From Candidatus Bathyarchaeota archaeon (lineage in GTDB: Archaea > Thermoproteota > Bathyarchaeia > Bathyarchaeales > Bathycorpusculaceae): a stretch of DNA of 64,000 bases. Numbering within the stretch: the first letter of the stretch is position 1; every line of letters starts with the position of its first letter. The position numbers and the translations under genes were made by a program. Where the stretch lies: contig CAWHXY010000004.1 of assembly GCA_963833575.1 (NCBI GenBank), positions 576,001 through 640,000 of the forward strand, in the 5' to 3' direction. Below are positions 58,623 through 64,000 of the stretch, in pieces. Below the pieces are notes generated by a model that saw nothing but the letters and a program-made list of their open reading frames with translations, was not told the origin of the DNA and ran no database searches.

Positions 58623-59153
58623 TTAAACCGAGAGTTTATTGATGGTTTCTTCTGCAAACCTATCGATTCTAGCGCGCACGTAAACTGTAATGGCAATTTC
58701 TAGAAGAATAATAATCGAAAGAAAAGCGGCAAGTGTCTTTGTTAAATTTTCAAAAGCCTGCCCCACTTGAAAATCAATAGCGCCATTGGAAGTTATTATC
58801 CAACTCCAGAAACTAGGTTTCCTTGTGAGCATAAATCCGCTTAAGTCAATAGACATCCATAAACATAAACCGACCAATACAGCAGCCAAAATACAGCCGA
58901 CCAAAGTGATATTTTTCCAGTCTGAACTCAATCGGGACAAGCAAGTTAAATGTGTTCCAGAATCAACCGTTTCTAAATTGACTTCTACTATTTTTTTGGC
59001 TGTTTTTGGCGATGCCCCCCATAGCGATCCCTGTTTAACCAAAATCTGCTGCGGCGGCTTTTCAGAAGTTATTTTGCAGTCTTTACTTGAAAAAACAACT
59101 TTTAAGGCAGCATATGTTTTGTTAATTTCCGAGTTGACGGTTCTTTCAAGCAA
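58623..59153 (-). CDS. Hypothetical membrane protein
   Basis: Soluble N-terminal domain plus 2 TM segments. Confidence 0.7.
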   Translation of the reverse strand: MLERTVNSEINKTYAALKVVFSSKDCKITSEKPPQQILVKQGSLWGASPKTAKKIVEVNLETVDSGTHLTCLSRLSSDWKNITLVGCILAAVLVGLCLWMSIDLSGFMLTRKPSFWSWIITSNGAIDFQVGQAFENLTKTLAAFLSIIILLEIAITVYVRARIDRFAEETINKLSV

Positions 59154-59209
59154 CCGATGGCACCACTTAGTTTAACTGTTAATGCTGTCATGTGCCTAAA
59201 AAGCTTCGT

Positions 59210-59830
59210 TTAATTCCGTGGCCTGCCCTTAAATCCTCTAATCTGTCGACGCTCCTCCGCACGGTTTCGTTCCATATTTTTAATCCTAGCATAAAGCTTC
59301 GCCACCTTTGTCTTAGAAGGCATCTTTGACCTTGGTCTATGAACAGGTACAGGCGTGAAGGGCTTGTTTATCTCAAGTTTACGTCGCCCACCTTTTTTGG
59401 TTATGACATTGCGGACTTTCTTAAAAACAACATAGCCCTCTTTGAGATTCACCTCTTGCACGTCCCAACCTGACTTTAACCAAGCTTTCGCATGAGTACT
59501 AGTTGAGTTATTGCTCCACCAAGCCATGTCCCTGAAAGCATTTGTTGGCAAACTGCTTCCGATTAAGCCATCTATTCTCGCAAAAGAAAGTTTTACGATA
59601 CTTGTGAAAGCAGCTCTAAATTTTAGGTGACTTTCAAGTCCGTCATATTTGCCTTTTGAAACTGGCGCAACAACTCGTCTAGCACAATGCAAGCATAACA
59701 TTGCGTTTGGGTCACCAGTGGCAACATCAGGCACCATACAGTCCCGGCAATACAATTTTCTGCAGCGTTCACACTTACGCATATAAGCTACCCTTAGAAC
59801 TCTGCCGCATATTCCACATTCATCTTTCAA
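59210..59830 (-). CDS. 8-Cys zinc finger + DUF7662-like domain protein
   Basis: Four CxxC pairs; GKY..L..L...LSF..I..LIG..LP..A...AWWSN...AW..GW; basic tail. Confidence 0.7.
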   Translation of the reverse strand: MKDECGICGRVLRVAYMRKCERCRKLYCRDCMVPDVATGDPNAMLCLHCARRVVAPVSKGKYDGLESHLKFRAAFTSIVKLSFARIDGLIGSSLPTNAFRDMAWWSNNSTSTHAKAWLKSGWDVQEVNLKEGYVVFKKVRNVITKKGGRRKLEINKPFTPVPVHRPRSKMPSKTKVAKLYARIKNMERNRAEERRQIRGFKGRPRN

Positions 59831-59906
59831 TGAACGCCAACCTCTTTAACGAACTTAAAAGCACTCTATGTACAACCCAAGACTAAAGATATTAATTTTC
59901 ACTTTA

Positions 59907-61433
59907 TCAGGAAGGTGTTTCTGCCTCAAATTCCTCGTTTTTGCTAATTAACTGTTGCCATGAAACTCTAAGTTCTAACCAAATCAATTTGACTAGTTTT
60001 CTAGCTTCTGAATCGATGGCTACAAGTAATACTGCGTAAAATGCAAAACCTAAAATGGCCTTTGCTATTGTAGAGAGCAATGTTAAGGTTGTCGGAAGCA
60101 GCCATAGTGCAGCCCCCATAATGAAAGCAGCCAGAACGTATTTCCCTATGCTTTTCCAAGCGACAATTATGCTGATTGAACTTTTCATGTAGGCGTAAAC
60201 TCCAATGAATGTTGAAATATGTACACCAATCAGTATCGCTATTACCTCTACCGTGACTCCTACAGATCCACCAACAGGTAATTCTGTGAGGACAAAATAC
60301 GTCAATGGCAAGGCAATTGCTGCTTGAATATAGGGGACACTAAATATTTTGAAGATTTTGCTTCTAACCAGTTTTCGCATTGAAATTTGTCCTTCAGCGT
60401 CGAATGCCTCTACTCCGAAAAGGCAAGAAGTATAGAAATTATAGATCAATAATACTAAAGTGTCAATAGTTAATGCGATAAGAACAGGCCATGCAACACT
60501 ATAAGAAATGTTCAGGATTGTTAAGAACGATACGGACATAATCATTGTTATTGTAGCGAGTGGAATTGCCAACATTAACACTGTTCTAAATGACAGTCCT
60601 ACCTCTTCATTGCTACAAGACTTAGCAAGCAATTTTGGATATACCGCGAAGGCCAAAAAAGAAGAGTACCCAACGATGGTAGTGAAACTCAAAGCCGTTT
60701 GATAATAAGCCCTCGCAACTGATCCACCATACAGGAAAAGCAAGATAAGAACAAACGAGAATAATTGCGCTCCAACAGCGTTGTAAACCATTGCTGGTGA
60801 ACCCTTAAACCACTCTTTAACATACGCCCAATTTGCTTTCTCCTTAAAGAAATCAGACAAAAGAAAAACATAATACAGAACTTGAATAACTGGACCAAGA
60901 ACTAAGCCGAATATTGCACCGAGGAAAATTTGTTTAAAACCCAAAATCAAAATTAAAGCTACAACCACCTTTACAATTTCCTGAATTATGAAGCCATATC
61001 CAACTGCTTGAGGTTTAGTAGCTTGCAAAACGCTTTCAAAAACGGTAACCATGTAAGTAGTCAGGATATTCACAGCTGCAATGAAATAAATCAGCAGGTA
61101 GGTGCTTGTTCCGATGGAATTTGAAATCAGGTAAATAACGGGCAGGTAAATTATGGTTGAAATAATACCTATCGATAATTGAGTAAAGGCGCTAGTTTTT
61201 ATGGTCCCCTCTTTGCCTCTTGCCACAAATCTGGTTACCCAGAAAGGCAAAATGTTGCTGAAAAGCATAAAGTAGATGGTATAATCAAAAATGTTTGTCC
61301 AAATACCGTATTGGGGTTTAGTCATATTCCGGGTAAGTAAGATTGTATAGATAAGCCCGGTAATTACGCCTAACAATTGGGTCGAAAAAACAATGAATCC
61401 ACTATATCGAAGCCTGATTTGTTTTTTACTCAA
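59907..61433 (-). CDS. MOP-superfamily flippase / polysaccharide export protein
   Basis: 12-14 TM segments; TR.M...QYGIW N-terminal motif. Confidence 0.8.
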   Translation of the reverse strand: MSKKQIRLRYSGFIVFSTQLLGVITGLIYTILLTRNMTKPQYGIWTNIFDYTIYFMLFSNILPFWVTRFVARGKEGTIKTSAFTQLSIGIISTIIYLPVIYLISNSIGTSTYLLIYFIAAVNILTTYMVTVFESVLQATKPQAVGYGFIIQEIVKVVVALILILGFKQIFLGAIFGLVLGPVIQVLYYVFLLSDFFKEKANWAYVKEWFKGSPAMVYNAVGAQLFSFVLILLFLYGGSVARAYYQTALSFTTIVGYSSFLAFAVYPKLLAKSCSNEEVGLSFRTVLMLAIPLATITMIMSVSFLTILNISYSVAWPVLIALTIDTLVLLIYNFYTSCLFGVEAFDAEGQISMRKLVRSKIFKIFSVPYIQAAIALPLTYFVLTELPVGGSVGVTVEVIAILIGVHISTFIGVYAYMKSSISIIVAWKSIGKYVLAAFIMGAALWLLPTTLTLLSTIAKAILGFAFYAVLLVAIDSEARKLVKLIWLELRVSWQQLISKNEEFEAETPS

Positions 61434-61559
61434 TGACTATATCCTACTTTTCTTATGAGTCTGAATTGTAGTCCATTGTTGAGCTTTTAGATATACAATT
61501 TCCCAAAAGATGCCAAAGCCCCTATAACAAAAAATAAAATTTGGAAAATTTGGAAGACT

Positions 61560-63038
61560 TTACCCTTTTACAACTGCCAACGGAACAAGCCTTGCCACCT
61601 TAGTTGCGATCCCCACCTTGTCGCTAACATCGGCAACCATATCCACGTTTTTGTATGCTGGATCTGCTTCTTCAGCCAAAACTGAAGCACTTGCAGCGCG
61701 AACAACTATGCCCCGTTTTTCTAAAGCTGTCTTTATGTCTGCGCCCCAATATTGTCGTTTTGCAGCTGAGCGGCTCATCATTCTACCTGCGCCATGTGCT
61801 GTTGAACCGAAAGTTAAATCCATAGCTTTCTGTGAACCTGCCAAAACCCATGAGCTTGTTCCCATGCTGCCTGGAATGAGCACAGGTTGTCCTTCACTTC
61901 GGTAATCTGCAGGGATATCTGGGTGCCCTGGCGGAAAAGCACGAGTAGCGCCTTTGCGGTGAACCCAAACCTTCTTTTCGACTCCATCGATCTTGTGGGT
62001 TTCAACTTTAGCGATGTTGTGGGTTACGTCATAAACAAGTTTTAGACCAAAATTTTCTGCGGGTTGCTGGAAGACTTGTTGGAAACTTTGTCTTACCCAA
62101 TGCATTATTGCATGTCTATTGCAAAAAGCATAGTTGACGGCACAAGCCATGGCTTGGAAGTAATCGCGGGCTTCATTGCTTGTTCCGGGAGCACAGGCTA
62201 ATTCGCGATCAGGTAATGCTATTTTATACTTTAACACTGCATGCTCCATCACTCTTAGATAATCAGAGCAAACTTGATGACCATATCCCCTAGAGCCGCA
62301 ATGGATCATGACAGTTACTTGACCTTCGTGTGTGATTCCAAAAGCCTTGGCTGTTTTGGGATTGTAGATTTTGTCTATTTTTTGTATTTCTAAGAAGTGG
62401 TTTCCTGAACCTAAAGTACCAATTTGGGTTAAGCCTCTGCTTTTAGCGGTGTTTGAAACTTTGTCTGGGTCTGCATTAGGCATGGCACCTTGTTCTTCAC
62501 AGTGTTCTGCATCCTCTGGCCAGCCAAACCCGCGTTTTATAAGCCAAGGTACGCCTTCAATGGCTAAATGGTCTAAGTCAGCGTTGGATATTGAGAGGTC
62601 TTTTCTGCGACTTCCAAGTCCAGAAGGAACATTACGGAAAATAGTTTCAGCTAATGGTGCAAGTTTGGGTCTGATTTCCTGTTCGGTAAGCGTTGTTGCT
62701 AAAAGACGAACGCCACAATTAATATCATAACCTACTCCGCCCGGGCTGATAACGCCATCGTCATAGTCGGTTGCTGCTACACCGCCAATAGGAAAACCGT
62801 AACCTTCGTGACCATCTGGTAATGTAATAGAATGTTTGTAGATTCCAGGCAACTGACTGACGTTTGAGCATTGCCAAAGAGTCCTATCGGTCTTCATCTT
62901 ATCTAACAATGCTTCGTTAGCAAAAACCATGCCTGGAACACGCATTGCAGGCTTGTACTGCGGGATCCGCCACATGTAATCATTAATTTTTTCTAAAGGA
63001 ACTCTCTCAGGAGCCCCTCTGCTTTCACTTTCGCCCAA
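61560..63038 (-). CDS. rtcB: RNA ligase RtcB
   Basis: PDGHEGYGFPIGG, GYDINCG, GTLGSGNHFLE, HRKGAT, STAHGAGR, EEA..AYK. Confidence 0.97.
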   Translation of the reverse strand: MGESESRGAPERVPLEKINDYMWRIPQYKPAMRVPGMVFANEALLDKMKTDRTLWQCSNVSQLPGIYKHSITLPDGHEGYGFPIGGVAATDYDDGVISPGGVGYDINCGVRLLATTLTEQEIRPKLAPLAETIFRNVPSGLGSRRKDLSISNADLDHLAIEGVPWLIKRGFGWPEDAEHCEEQGAMPNADPDKVSNTAKSRGLTQIGTLGSGNHFLEIQKIDKIYNPKTAKAFGITHEGQVTVMIHCGSRGYGHQVCSDYLRVMEHAVLKYKIALPDRELACAPGTSNEARDYFQAMACAVNYAFCNRHAIMHWVRQSFQQVFQQPAENFGLKLVYDVTHNIAKVETHKIDGVEKKVWVHRKGATRAFPPGHPDIPADYRSEGQPVLIPGSMGTSSWVLAGSQKAMDLTFGSTAHGAGRMMSRSAAKRQYWGADIKTALEKRGIVVRAASASVLAEEADPAYKNVDMVADVSDKVGIATKVARLVPLAVVKG

Positions 63039-63087
63039 AAATCTTCACCGTTTCCAAACAAGAGATTAATGAGATTATAAAACTTTA

Positions 63088-63996
63088 TCAAGCTTGCTTC
63101 TGTTTTGCGTATTCCATAAACCCTTTTACGCAATTTTCCAAAACCGTTTTTGAGTAAATGCGATGAGCCTTGACGAAATCCCCAATTTTGGTCATGACTT
63201 TGTCTTCAGCAATAATTCTATCGCGTACCTTTTCTAAAGTTTGATTTTTCTTAATTCCCTCTTCGGCTATCTTTGCCCATAATTCGAGTTGTAACTTGTA
63301 GTCTTTTAGGCGCTTAACCCCATCGGCGGCTATTCCAAAATGACTATAATACAAAACAGTTGGTTCTAGACTGATTAATTTGTCGAGAGAAGCTAATGCT
63401 GACTCTAAATGGAATGGTGGCGGGGTAGTTGGAACTACAACATCGAACTCTGGAAAATATGTGCCTGCAGCATCTCCAGGAAAAACACCTCTATTAAATG
63501 ACTCGTGGTAACTCAGGTTATGTGAAGCGTGCCCAAGTGTTTCTACAACCTTTAATGTGGCGCCTTCGCCTAAATCAAATAAGCCTGCCGTAACCGGAAT
63601 TATGCGTTCTTTTTGAACTGGCTCAGGTTCACCGAAAATTTCGCTGACAAATCCTAGGACTGTTTGAGCTGATGTCCAGAGACGTTCAGGATTAATCAAG
63701 TGAGGCATGCCTCTCGGATGAACAAGCACCTTGGCGTTAGGCAACAATTTCAACAGGGTACCTGCACCACCTCCATGATCTAAATGTACATGTGTGATTG
63801 CAAGATACTGGACGTTTTCAAACGGTATGTCGAGTTCATTTAAGCCAGAAACAAGTTTAGGCACAGAAGATGTTGGACCAGACTCTACAAGAGTGATTTT
63901 AGCAGCTTTGATTACATAACTACAAATTAGGTTTTTGAACCCACCCGTTTCAAGCTCGATTTGAAAAAGGTTTTTTCCGATCTCTCGTGTATGCAA
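63088..63996 (-). CDS. Metallo-beta-lactamase fold hydrolase
   Basis: THVHLDHGGG, GHASH, GD, SHFG. Confidence 0.92.
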   Translation of the reverse strand: MHTREIGKNLFQIELETGGFKNLICSYVIKAAKITLVESGPTSSVPKLVSGLNELDIPFENVQYLAITHVHLDHGGGAGTLLKLLPNAKVLVHPRGMPHLINPERLWTSAQTVLGFVSEIFGEPEPVQKERIIPVTAGLFDLGEGATLKVVETLGHASHNLSYHESFNRGVFPGDAAGTYFPEFDVVVPTTPPPFHLESALASLDKLISLEPTVLYYSHFGIAADGVKRLKDYKLQLELWAKIAEEGIKKNQTLEKVRDRIIAEDKVMTKIGDFVKAHRIYSKTVLENCVKGFMEYAKQKQA

Positions 63997-64000
63997 ATAT

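Noticed and set aside
1-64000. Genome-wide amber recoding
   Set aside because: TAG terminates several full-length genes (e.g. at 24279, 35167, 37921), so TAG is normally a stop

Overview
Archaeal chromosomal segment, most likely Bathyarchaeia. This is inferred from gene content, GGAGGTGA-type RBS, frequent TTG starts and an intron-containing tRNA. Layout: (i) 1-4.1 kb housekeeping genes (DHH/RecJ-like, Pcc1, ribophorin-I-like, ferredoxin, parvulin); (ii) 4.2-22.6 kb a large redox/metal/general-stress region (PDO, OsmC, FprA, rubrerythrin, SOD, Zn-ferredoxin, disulfide reductase, Grx+FDR, Nth, Prx, wHTH-VIT1, HtrA, ferritin-like, four KGG hydrophilins plus DUF2795), with decayed PAP2/copA and polB2 relics; (iii) 24.3-32.4 kb an accessory islet at the 3' end of tRNA-Arg(CCG). 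It contains three 28-bp 11-6-11 dyads (two fused to tRNA-3' relics), a tandem hairpin array with a conserved loop motif, a TAG-interrupted dehalogenase, a STAND/TPR ATPase with a 483-bp tandem duplication and an MFS transporter, but no integrase; (iv) 33-52 kb sugar, gluconeogenesis and glucan genes (DUF2090 aldolase-fold, GlpX, type I GAPDH, PGK, GT4s, GH57, DUF5752-like domains), HypA/Mrp, EndoQ, TldD/PmbA; (v) 52.5-64 kb cyclophilins, tRNA-Gly(TCC) embedded in a TAG-interrupted Zn-finger ORF, small accessory ORFs, flippase, RtcB and an MBL hydrolase. No CRISPR array, rRNA or intact transposase/integrase was seen. All calls come from motif recognition by eye; no searches were run.
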